64,000 bases of DNA from Armatimonadota bacterium. Lineage in GTDB: Bacteria > Armatimonadota > UBA5829 > DSUL01. Each line of letters opens with the position of its first letter. Within the stretch, counting starts at the first letter, position 1. The notes under the pieces were generated by a model. It did no database searches and was not told the DNA's origin. It worked only from the letters and a program-made list of their open reading frames with translations. Positions 48,385-58,000 of this stretch are shown piece by piece. Location: assembly GCA_039811685.1 (NCBI GenBank), contig JBDHZC010000002.1:608001-672000 (forward strand), read 5' to 3'. Made by a program: the position numbers and the translations under genes.

Positions 48385-48585
48385 TCGATCCTCTTTTCCC
48401 GGCGCGCATGCGCAGTATAGCACCTGCTGAGTGCGCGGAAAAGAGATTTGGAGAGGAATGGTTCAAATTGAGCGCTGCTGAGACGCGTTATGTGGAGAAA
48501 AGAGGAGTCAGGCCAGAGGGCCGAGCGCGCGTGGGGCACGGCCAGGCTGAGATGCCTTCACTCTTGGAACGAATCCCTCGCGGGT

Positions 48586-48693
48586 TACTCTCGTGACGAT
48601 ACGATTGAGGCGCGACAGCACGTTCGCCGGTTCAGCATCCTCGTATGCGAGCGCGCGCAGAGTGTGCTTAACGAGCGCTGTCCTCGCAGCGGC
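48586..48693 (-). pseudogene. Fragment of a SpoIIE/PP2C-type phosphatase gene
   Basis: AAARTALVKHTLRALAYEDAEPANVLSRLNRIV resembles the SpoIIE core, without the flanking catalytic motifs. Confidence 0.5.
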
Positions 48694-48904
48694 GGGCCTC
48701 CGCGCTATTGACGAGATGGCGGAGGCGGACGCTGTCAGAGTTGTCATAGAAGAGGGGCAGTGGAAGAGCAAGGGCCTAGCCTCTGAGCTTCTGATGAGTA
48801 CGCTCGTAGGACGCTAGCCCTTAGCAAGGCCTCCCTGCGATCCGGAGAACTCAGGCCCCGAAACGGGCTCCGGGAGGAACACTACCCACCTCGAGTCTGA
48901 GATG

Positions 48905-50056
48905 TCAATACACCACGCCTTTCTCGTCCAGCCATTTTCGCAGCCGTTCATCCGTATCTCCGTCCTCGAAACCATAGAAAACGTCGAGAAGGGCCATCTC
49001 TCCCTCCTCTTGCTTGAGCAGCCACTCCAAAACCGGGATGTCGTCTTTGTCTGCCGAGTTTGCGCCCCAGGCAACTTCCCGAAGCACCTCCGGATTGTTC
49101 GTACGGGCCACGACCCACTCCAGAACCGGGATGCCTCTCTTGCCAACCCGGCTTGCGCCATACGCAGCCTCCCGATAAACCTCCGGATCGTTCCTCTTTG
49201 CCACGATCCACTCCAGAACCGGAATGCCAGCCTTGCCTGACTTGCCCGCACCCTTCGCAGCAGCTGGTAGCACATTCAAGTTGTTTGTCTTGGCGACAAT
49301 CTGTTTAAGAACTGGGATGCCGGCCTTACCTGCCCTACCGGCGCTCGACGCCACCATCCTAAGCGCCTCCAGGTTGTTTGTTTTTGCGACAATCTGTTTA
49401 AAAACCGAGATCGAGAGACTAGCGACGGGTTGGTCGAGTGTACTCCACGCAGCGGTACGCAGGATCTGCGGATCGTTCGTTTGGGCGACGACCCACGCCA
49501 AAACCGCAATACCAGAAACGCCTGCTTTACTTGCGCCCAGCGCAGCCTGGTCAAGCACCTCTGGGTCGTTCGTCTTCGCGAATATCTCTTTCAGAAGCGG
49601 GACGCCAGCGTCGCCTGCCTTGCCAGCCTCGTAGGCCACCATTCGAAGCACTTCTCCGTCATTCGTCTTTTCTACGATCCACGCTAGAACCGGCAAACCC
49701 CTCTTGCCAGCCCTGCCTGCGCCCCACACAGCATTTTGAAGCACCTCTAAGTCATTGGTATTTGCCATGACCCATGCCAAAACCGGGATGCCATCAGGGC
49801 CTGAGGAGCCTGCGTGCAGCGCAGCGTCCCGAAGCGCCTCCGGATCGTCTGTCTTTTTCACAACCTGCGCTAGAACTTGGATGCCAGCCGTGCCCATAGT
49901 AGCTGCGCGCTTCACAACGTCTTGAAGCACGCCATAATCATCGTAATCGTCCGTGTTTTCCACGATCTTCGCCATAAGTGCGGTGATGACCTCACACGCC
50001 TCACCGGCAGCTTCCGTTGCCGCACTAGGCGTGTCCGAAGCGACTCCCTTTTTCAT
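48905..50056 (-). CDS. Alpha-helical tandem-repeat protein, about ten 31-aa HEAT/PBS-like units
   Basis: Unit consensus KTN(D/N)PEVLRxAAxGAGxAGKxGIPVLxWxVA; GGAG upstream of MKKG. Confidence 0.75.
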   Translation of the reverse strand: MKKGVASDTPSAATEAAGEACEVITALMAKIVENTDDYDDYGVLQDVVKRAATMGTAGIQVLAQVVKKTDDPEALRDAALHAGSSGPDGIPVLAWVMANTNDLEVLQNAVWGAGRAGKRGLPVLAWIVEKTNDGEVLRMVAYEAGKAGDAGVPLLKEIFAKTNDPEVLDQAALGASKAGVSGIAVLAWVVAQTNDPQILRTAAWSTLDQPVASLSISVFKQIVAKTNNLEALRMVASSAGRAGKAGIPVLKQIVAKTNNLNVLPAAAKGAGKSGKAGIPVLEWIVAKRNDPEVYREAAYGASRVGKRGIPVLEWVVARTNNPEVLREVAWGANSADKDDIPVLEWLLKQEEGEMALLDVFYGFEDGDTDERLRKWLDEKGVVY

Positions 50057-50096
50057 AATTCTCTCCGGAACCAGGACAGCTTTCTTGCGATACAAT

Positions 50097-50173
<77 letters not shown>

Positions 50174-50188
50174 TCGCCTTAATCTTTT

Positions 50189-50216
50189 ATATTACTGCAT
50201 TCTGGGGCAGCGTCAA
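50189..50216 (-). promoter_or_regulatory. tRNA promoter
   Basis: TTGACG-16 nt-TAATAT. Confidence 0.6.
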
Positions 50217-50312
50217 GAGCTATGTGTAGATGGACGGGTTTGCGTGCATTGATGTTTTCTTCTCCTCGATCTCGCCTCAAGCTGCATTGCCATTAGTGTG
50301 CCTCCCTATGCG

Positions 50313-51005
50313 CTAATAAGAAAAGCTGTCCACTTTCCATTTCCGGGTCCAGTTGTCTCGGTGCACGACCATCCTGAAGTTCGTCGTTGCATGCCCGCCG
50401 AATCTGTTTTCTATCCACGCTTCGCCCGTGACCTGAAGGCTTTTGCTGCTAAGCGCTTTGTAGCGCGTGCGGCCGATCCCACCAAATGTGGCGCCGCGGC
50501 CAAACCTTGCCGCTGGCAAGTTTTTCATGCGCTCCGCCACAAGTGCTTCGCATTCGTGAGGATAGAGGTAATCGCTGTCGTTGAGGTTCTGGACGTAAGC
50601 GATACGGTCGTCATCTGACACGCGCATGGCAGATCCAGTGGCGTCCATCGGAACCTCCACGTCTTTGCCGTCAACCTTGAAGATTTGCACAAGTCCGTGC
50701 AATCCCTGACGTATGGCGATCAACTCCGGTTCGGCCTTTGTGGCTTCCGCTTTCGGCGGTTTCTCCGAACCTCTCAACTCTTTGGCTTTGGCCAGCATCT
50801 TGCGTGTGTGCTCGCTCGAAGGCTTGAGCTTCAGCGTCAGCTCCCACTCTTCGATAGCGGCGGCGTAGTCTTTGGCCTGGAAGGCTTTCTCGCCTGCGAG
50901 GTAGTGCTGGCGAGCGCCAGCCTCATCCACCGGCGCTGTGGCCTCCTGGGCAAAGCCAGGCGCGCCGAGTAGCAACAACACTGTTACACAAAACAACGCT
51001 CTCAT
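50313..51005 (-). CDS. Secreted protein with an N-terminal TPR motif
   Basis: Signal peptide; ARQHYLAGEKAFQAKDYAAAIEEWELTLKLKP; RBS GAGGAG. Confidence 0.7.
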   Translation of the reverse strand: MRALFCVTVLLLLGAPGFAQEATAPVDEAGARQHYLAGEKAFQAKDYAAAIEEWELTLKLKPSSEHTRKMLAKAKELRGSEKPPKAEATKAEPELIAIRQGLHGLVQIFKVDGKDVEVPMDATGSAMRVSDDDRIAYVQNLNDSDYLYPHECEALVAERMKNLPAARFGRGATFGGIGRTRYKALSSKSLQVTGEAWIENRFGGHATTNFRMVVHRDNWTRKWKVDSFSY

Positions 51006-51332
51006 GACCTCTCCTCTTCGCCGCATTCTGGGCGGCGATCCTCTTAGACGATCTCCGGCTTGAGCAGTCTCACGCCTGTAAGGCGTTCATACAAACGCAC
51101 AATGGCGAGCCTGCCTTCGTGATTCATCACGCCGCCGTCGGTAGATACAAAGCGCACAGGCGCGCTGACCAGTGGCTTTTGTAGCTGGCGCACCCAGTTG
51201 CGTAGCAGACTATTGTTACCATTCCAAAGATGGCAACCGTAATGGTGACTCACTTGAGCCTTCCGCAGAAAACTCGACACACCTCGCGAAAACGGTTCAC
51301 CTCTATATGGCCTGTGTATTCAATGATACCAC

Positions 51333-51366
51333 GTCTCAATCCTCACCACCAAAGAGGCGATGCAAA
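51333..51366 (-). CRISPR. Solitary degenerate copy of the type I-C repeat (possible mini-array)
   Basis: gtctcaatcctcaccaccaaagaggcgatgcaaa matches the array repeat at 28 of 34 aligned positions plus a 3-nt gap; 14-bp leader motif cagccgctcgctta at 51399-51412 is identical to 30386-30399. Confidence 0.7.
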
Positions 51367-51425
51367 GTGCCAGTTTTTGCATCCTACTGAGCCCAGCACA
51401 GCCGCTCGCTTAATTTATCAGCGGC

Positions 51426-52385
51426 TCATGGGCATGCGTCGTAGCGGGTGGCTAATCGGCTGGCGTGGGCTTTCATCCACTCCCGGAACTCAAGGGGGTT
51501 CAGGACTTCCGCCGCGCCGCCGAAGCTGAGCGTCCACCAGCCGATCTCGGCAAAGCCGGCCACCTCTGCAGTGAAGATGACCGAACCATCGTCACGCTGG
51601 TGCGTCTCCTGGGTGGGGTGGCGCTGGGTCTCCATCACCAGACGGGCGACTTCAGCGTCAAAGAGAATCTCCACGCGCACGGGTTCGCCGGTCAGCACTT
51701 CCCAGCTTGACTCGTAGAAGGCATCCACCGAGAAGCTCTCCGGCCGCTGGAAGGTGCGCTGAGTCTCGCGGGCTGAGGTGATGCGCCCGGCTTTGAGCTG
51801 AATAACCATCCTGCGCTCATGGCAGAGGCCAATGAGATACCAGGTGTGGCGGCGGTACACAAGCGCGTAAGGGTCAAAGTCGCGCGGGCGGGGCTTTTGA
51901 GACTGGAGGGAGCGGTAGTTGAGCGCAAGGGTTTTCTGCTGGATCACGGCAGACTCCAGAAGCGACAGCAGGGCTTCGCTGATACTCTGGGTCTCGTGTC
52001 CGGTGGCGCTCCAGGTGACGCGTCCCGCAACAGCCTGGCTCAGCTTGAAGGACGCCTCGGACATGGCGGCTTCCACCTTGCGCAGGGCGCTGGTGGCGTG
52101 TCTGTTGAGCGGCTCGGTGCGGCGGATCGGACCTGCGCTGAGCGCCAGGCGCAAGGCAATGGCCTCTTCTTCGCTGAAGTTGATGGGAGCGAGCCTCGGG
52201 CGTCCCGCGACCTTGTAGCCGTCTTCAAAATAGACCGGCACAGACAGATCCAGCGAGAGCGCCTGAAGGTAGCGGTAGATTGTGCGTTCGGAGCGTCCCA
52301 GCTCACGCGCCAAGTCCCCGGCGTTCAGCGTTGGGTCGCTCTTCAGCAGATCCAGCAACTGCAACAGCAGAACAGATTTACTCAT
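51426..52385 (-). CDS. HTH-WYL-WCX transcriptional regulator (PafB/PafC/YafY-like)
   Basis: LARELGRSERTIYRYL, FSEEEAIAL, PYALVYRRHTWYLIG, FGGAAEVLNP. Confidence 0.92.
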   Translation of the reverse strand: MSKSVLLLQLLDLLKSDPTLNAGDLARELGRSERTIYRYLQALSLDLSVPVYFEDGYKVAGRPRLAPINFSEEEAIALRLALSAGPIRRTEPLNRHATSALRKVEAAMSEASFKLSQAVAGRVTWSATGHETQSISEALLSLLESAVIQQKTLALNYRSLQSQKPRPRDFDPYALVYRRHTWYLIGLCHERRMVIQLKAGRITSARETQRTFQRPESFSVDAFYESSWEVLTGEPVRVEILFDAEVARLVMETQRHPTQETHQRDDGSVIFTAEVAGFAEIGWWTLSFGGAAEVLNPLEFREWMKAHASRLATRYDACP

Positions 52386-52690
52386 TGATCTCAATCTCCG
52401 TCAGTTTTCGTCTCAACAGGAAAGCCTCTCGCGGAACAAGTTGATGGGAGCGTCTTTGAAGGACTGCGCCGCCGCAGTTTTCCTGAAAAAGCGCCCACCT
52501 TTTATTGCCATGGATGGCGCCGGAAAGAGCACGACAGCAGCCCTTGTCAGGGTCACCAACGCTGTGCCTGCTCCGGTCGTCTCGGATATTGCGAACCCCT
52601 GTCCGCCACAAAACGATGGAAAGCATCCACAGTTTGACCTGCGGGTGTGGAACCATTTTAACAGCGGCGAACAGGGAAAGGAGACATGGA

Positions 52691-52948
52691 ATGTCGTCTG
52701 TCGGAGTTCCTGTTGTTCACGAGGAACGGTCTATCAAGCTCACGAAGCGCGAGGTAGAAGTTCTGACGCTGGTAATTGAGGGGAAATCCAGCAAAGACAT
52801 CGCAGACGCCCTGTACGTAAGCAAAAGGACGGTGGACTTCCATCTGGCGAACATCTACGAGAAGCTCCAGGTTTCAAACCGGGTCCAGGCCTTCCGGCGA
52901 GCCACTCGCCTCGGGCTGATTCCGATTGAGACTGTACTGGCCGGCTGA
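52691..52948 (+). CDS. Stand-alone LuxR-type HTH regulator
   Basis: LTKREVEVL..GKSSKDIADALYVSKRTVDFHLANIYEKL.V.NR. Confidence 0.9.
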   Translation: MSSVGVPVVHEERSIKLTKREVEVLTLVIEGKSSKDIADALYVSKRTVDFHLANIYEKLQVSNRVQAFRRATRLGLIPIETVLAG

Positions 52949-53110
52949 TCGGATGACAGACCAGCGAAGCGTCCGGCGTGTCCTCAACTCGCCAGGCGCG
53001 TACTGGTCCGCCCTACAGAGATAACCACCTCTGGCATCTTCCTCAGGAGCCAGGCAGGTCCGCAAAGAGAAGAGCCAGACGATCCTTTATAACACGTAAG
53101 TTGCGTTGCA

Positions 53111-53143
53111 AGCCGTACCCGGTCCGGGTGCGGCTTTTTCTTT
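53111..53143 (+). terminator. Intrinsic terminator
   Basis: agccgtaccc-ggtcc-gggtgcggct followed by ttttcttt. Confidence 0.75.
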
Positions 53144-53175
53144 GCGCCGGCCACGGTGAGCGGGCGGGCGCGTGT

Positions 53176-53205
53176 TTGACATGGCTCTTTGCGCTTAGCT
53201 ATAGT
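53176..53205 (+). promoter_or_regulatory. Sigma70-type promoter of the Lrp-aminotransferase operon
   Basis: TTGACA-18 nt-TATAGT. Confidence 0.6.
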
Positions 53206-53250
53206 GAGACAGCTTACGACCCTGGAACCAGCATGCGAAAGTAGCTCACT

Positions 53251-53739
53251 TTGAACGACCTGCACGACATTCTCAAAATCCTGGAAAAGGACGGGCGAAT
53301 AACCTCCTCCCAGATAGCCGATATGCTCCAGAAGCCTCTGGAGGACGTGGAAAGGGTTATCGCGGGAGCGGAGGCTTCAGGAGTCATCCGGCGCTACAAG
53401 GCTGTGGTGGACTGGGAGAAGGCCGGCGACCACAGAGTTGCGGCTTTTATTGACGTGAAGGTGACCCCGACTCGCGGCGTTGGCTTTGACGACGTGGCGG
53501 AGCGCATCTACAACTTTCGCGAAGTTGTCAGCGTCTATCTGGTGAGCGGAGAATACGATCTGCGCGTTGTGGTGGAAGGCTCTACGATGCAGGAGGTCGC
53601 GAACTTCGTGTCTCAGAAGCTGGCGACTGTTGACCGCGTTCAATCCACGGCGTCTCACTTTGTTTTGAAGAGATACAAAGAGGACCGAGAGATATTCGCC
53701 GACGCGCCACCCGACCATCGGCTGGCCGTGACGCCTTAG
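53251..53739 (+). CDS. Lrp/AsnC family regulator (YugG/AlaR-like)
   Basis: ILKILEKDGR, VIRRYKAVVDWEK, GFDDVAERIY, VYLVSGEYDL, HFVLKRYK. Confidence 0.9.
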   Translation: MNDLHDILKILEKDGRITSSQIADMLQKPLEDVERVIAGAEASGVIRRYKAVVDWEKAGDHRVAAFIDVKVTPTRGVGFDDVAERIYNFREVVSVYLVSGEYDLRVVVEGSTMQEVANFVSQKLATVDRVQSTASHFVLKRYKEDREIFADAPPDHRLAVTP

Positions 53740-53892
53740 GCCAGAGGTGAGCCGCATCTGCCGGCGAAGCTCTGCTCCTGGTGTAGGCGCGGCGGGGGTT
53801 TCCGGCGGCCTGCACGGCGCTGGCGCACCCGAGATGCGGTATCCACCGGCTTCCTGGCCTCGTCTCCCCGAAAAGAACAGACATCTACTCCT

Positions 53893-55068
53893 ATGACTTC
53901 TATCTCAAAAAACGTGCAGTCCGTGTCCGCCTCTGGCATTCGCAAGTTTTTCGATATTGTCGCTGAGATGAAGGACGTCATCTCGCTGGGCGTGGGGGAG
54001 CCGGACTTCGTCACGCCGTGGCGCATGCGCGAGGCGTGCATCTACTCTCTGGAGCAGGGCCGGACCAACTACACCTCCAACTGGGGCCTGCTGGAGCTGC
54101 GCCAGCTCATCGCGCAGCACCTGCAGAATCTGTACAAGGTCAGCTACACGCCCGAGAATGAGATTCTGGTGACGGTCGGCGTTTCGGAGGCGCTGGATCT
54201 GGCATTGCGGGCGATTGTGGACCCTGGCGATGAAGTCATCCTCTTTGAGCCGTGCTATGTGTCCTATGCGCCGTGTGTCACTTTCGCCGGAGGTGTTCCG
54301 GTGACGGTCGAAACTTCGGCTGAGACCGGGTTTGTCCCGAGTCTGGAGGCGGTTAGGAAGGCGATTACGCCGCGCACCAAGGCCATTATGCTCTCCTATC
54401 CGTCCAACCCGACCGGCGCCACAGCCGACCGCAAATCACTTCAGGATATTGTCAATCTGGCGCGCGAAGCAGACATCTTTATCATCTCGGATGAGATTTA
54501 CGACCGCCTGACGTACGTAGGAGAGCACGTGTGCGTATCTTCTCTGGAAGGCGCCAGAGAGCGGACGATCCTGTTGAACGGCTTTTCCAAAGCGTACGCG
54601 ATGACTGGCTGGCGCATCGGGTATGCGTGCGCGCCGCCGGAAGTGGCGGAATCTATGATGAAGATTCACCAGTACGTGGCGCTGTGCGCTCCCATTACAG
54701 CGCAGGAGACGGCCATTGAGGCCCTGAGTGCGGGTGAGCAGAGCGTGCAGGATATGCGCGCGGAGTACAACATGCGCCGCAGGCTGATTGTGAAACGCTT
54801 TAACGACTGCGGGCTGAGCTGTTCGGAGCCGCGCGGCGCCTTTTACGCCTTTCCATCCGTCAAAAAGACCGGACTGTCCTCGGAGGAGTTTTCCGAGCGC
54901 CTGCTCCACAGCAAGCACGTGGTGGTTGTTCCGGGCAACGCCTTCGGCGCGTCTGGAGAGGGCTACGTGCGGGCGGCCTATGCGACAAGTTTTGAGAAGA
55001 TAGAGGAAGCCATGCAGCGCATTGGAGAATTTGTAGAGAGCTTGCCTCAAGCTGTCGGCGCACTATGA
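53893..55068 (+). CDS. Class I/II PLP-dependent aminotransferase (YugH/AlaT-like)
   Basis: SGIRKFFD, LGVGEPDF, YPSNPTG, SDEIYD, NGFSKAYAMTGWRIG. Confidence 0.93.
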   Translation: MTSISKNVQSVSASGIRKFFDIVAEMKDVISLGVGEPDFVTPWRMREACIYSLEQGRTNYTSNWGLLELRQLIAQHLQNLYKVSYTPENEILVTVGVSEALDLALRAIVDPGDEVILFEPCYVSYAPCVTFAGGVPVTVETSAETGFVPSLEAVRKAITPRTKAIMLSYPSNPTGATADRKSLQDIVNLAREADIFIISDEIYDRLTYVGEHVCVSSLEGARERTILLNGFSKAYAMTGWRIGYACAPPEVAESMMKIHQYVALCAPITAQETAIEALSAGEQSVQDMRAEYNMRRRLIVKRFNDCGLSCSEPRGAFYAFPSVKKTGLSSEEFSERLLHSKHVVVVPGNAFGASGEGYVRAAYATSFEKIEEAMQRIGEFVESLPQAVGAL

Positions 55069-58000
55069 CAAAAACCAATCACTTTTTGCACTTTGCGGCG
55101 GTCTGTGTCGCAGTTATCGCGGGTGCAGGCTGGCCTGCGGTATGCTCCGCCAAAGCCCGGACCGACACTGTCCGCATCAACACGACATGGGACGCAAACT
55201 ACTTCTACGCTTCCTTTGACGTCAACGATCAGGACATTCAGGGGACCACGCGCGGCCCTAATCAGGTGGTGGGCGACGATGACGCTGTCGCTGTCTATTT
55301 TCAGAGCGACCGTTCCAAGGGCTCCCAGATCGGCCCACATTCGTTCCGGATGATGGTCAGCGCGGCAGGCGGCGCTGAGTGGGCGGTCGGGGACAACGGA
55401 AAGTGGGTGAAAAAGGATATTGTCACCTTCAAGTACGCCGTGCGCCGCGAAGGTACGCTGAATCAGGATCAGGACGACGACACGGGTTATCAGGTGGAGC
55501 TGGCGATTCCGTGGTCTGAGATGGGCGTCAAAGGCGAAGTGGGCACGATTGTAGGCTTCAATGCAGCCGTTCAGATGAAGGGTGAGCACACGGGCTTTCT
55601 GAGTATTACGCCCGACATCAAGACCGAAGCCGATCTGGACAACCCTTCCAAGTGGCAGGAGTTGTGGCTGAGGGGCCCGGTGCAGCCCCTGGTGGTCAAT
55701 GTGCCTGGCCGCGTGCTGTGCAATCGCGCCGTCAATACTCCCACTGTGGACGGGCGCCTGCTACCGTCTGAGTACGCGCTTAAGACAGCTTTTGAACTCG
55801 TCAAGCCGGCCGTCTCTTCGGCTCGGCACATTCTGCGCGACTTCCCAATTGAAAATCTGATTCTCAGCTCTTACTACTATGACCTGGCGAAAGCGGGCAA
55901 TCCGGCAGCTTTTATCAACAAACCTTTTTACGGTTTTGGCCCGTGGTTTTCGGGTGAGCGCATTGAGTGGCACCGTCAGCAGCTCAGGGATGCGCGCAGA
56001 GCGGGAATTGACGTGCTGCTGGGCGTTCAGAACGTAGCTGGAGGACCTCCCGACACAGCGACGCTGGCGCTTGTTGGCGCGCTTAAGGAGATGGATGCCG
56101 CTGGCGAAGACCACCCACTTCTGGGTGTAGCGCTGGAAGGTCTGGGCGATTCCTCGGACGTTGAGGCGTTGTGGAAGGCCATCAGCGGCTTTTTCAACCT
56201 GACGCCGCCAGAGTACAGAGCGGAGGTGCGGCTGCCGCAGTCCAGAGGTGGTCAGACAGCGCTGATTGCATTCCTGCGCGGTGGCGCGGCTGTATCCAAA
56301 GAGGCAGTGGAGGAGTTGAACAAGCGAGCTCTGGCAGCTTACGGACAGCGCATCGCTCTTATCTCTGCGGAGAATGTGGGGGGTGAGGCGGACGGGTTTA
56401 CAGCAGAGATCGGCGCGGAAGGGTGGAGCTACAGCGACAAGGGCTGGATAAAGATCGCTTCCGTCACTCCCGGGTTCATACGTGAGGGACAGACGCTGCC
56501 ACGGCGCGCCGGGCAGACTTACGGCCAGGCATGGGGCGCTGTGGACGGCAAGAACCCTGACTGGGTTTTTGTGGACAGTTGGAACAGGTGGCAGGACGGC
56601 TCCGAGATTGCCACTTCCACCGAGTACGGCCTGCTTTATGTGGACGCTACAGCGATACAGACGAGCCGGTTCAACGGCCGATCGGAGTGGGCGGCGAAGT
56701 ATCTGTCCTCTTCTGTTCCCAGCGTGATTTCGCCGTCCTATATGAGCCTTGCCCGCCTGAGCGTGCGCAACGTGGGTACAAGAGCGTGGCGGGTGACGGA
56801 TCGAGTCCGCCTGACTTATCGCTGGTACACAGGCGGGCGGCTCTACTCGCAGGGGCTGGTGACGGTCCCCGTGCAGAAGGACGTTCCCATTAACGGAATC
56901 TCCAACGTGGCGATAGGCGTGGTGGCTGTTGATAAAGACCGGGACCCGTTGCCGGCGGGGGACTGGACTGTGGTTTTTGATTTTACCGGCCCCGACGGCC
57001 TCCTTTTCTCAAGCTCGGGTGACCGCCCGCTGGCTGTTCCGGTGAAGGTAGGTGAGCCGGCTCCCCGCGCGTACACCGTGCTCGCATCCACACTCCCTGC
57101 TTATCTGATGGCCGGGCAAGTCTACTCTGCCACAGTCGCTATCCGAAACGAAGGCAGCGAAACGTGGAAAAAGGCTGGACCTCTGAACGTGCTGATTTCA
57201 GCGCACGGCGCACAGCAGCAGGAGCTCTCAGTCTGGACGGCTTCACTTCCTAAAGATGTGGAGCCGGGAGCTGTCGTAGAAGTCCCGGTTATCCTGGGTT
57301 TGAAGGATCCGCGGCTTTTGCAGGCGACTCGGCCAGTGTGGTTCCAGGTTACGCTGGCGGAGGGCCAGCGCAGTGTGAAAGCAGACTCCGGACACGCAGC
57401 CAGCTTCGCAGCGCTCCTAGGCGCCTCTGACTACGGGGCAAAGCTGACGCCACCTGCCAAACCCCTGCCGCCAGTTACCTTTGGCGCGCCGGCCAAGTTT
57501 CAGATTGAGGTGGCCAACACGGGTGTGCAGGAGTGGCGCGAGCAGACGCGGCTTGTGGCGCAGTGGTACTCACTCGACGGGCAGCCGCTGCTCAGTGAAG
57601 GAGGGGAGGCCAAGCTGCGCAAGGGCATAAAGCCGGGTGAGAACCTCACGGCCAACGCGGAGCTGAAGGCTCCACCGTACCCAGGGCAGTACGTCGTGCG
57701 CTGGACGCCGTTTGTCGGCTCGGCCGCGACTACGACGGACCCTCTGGGGGGACCGACAGACGGAGTGTTCACCCAGTATGTCACTGTCCAGGGACCTGCC
57801 GTAGCGGCGCTTGATCTGGCCCAGCTCTTTGACTCAAATGTTGAGATTGCTGAGACTCAGGGCGGCGGCGCCTTCGGGCCGCAGGGAGCGCTTCCCGCTG
57901 AGGCTGTCCCGCCACTCGTCATTCCAGCGACCTCTCCGTCCGGTCTCTTCCCATCCGGTCTTTACCAGAGCGCTGACGGCGGTCCGCAGTACGCAGGTGT

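Noticed and set aside
46615..48420. 601-aa plus-strand ORF (likewise 62100-63392, 7623-8717, 5448-6440)
   Set aside because: Antisense shadows of well-supported genes in GC-rich DNA; no motifs.
51044..51280. 78-aa ORF downstream of the solitary repeat as a toxin
   Set aside because: No recognisable motif; cannot be supported as coding from sequence alone.
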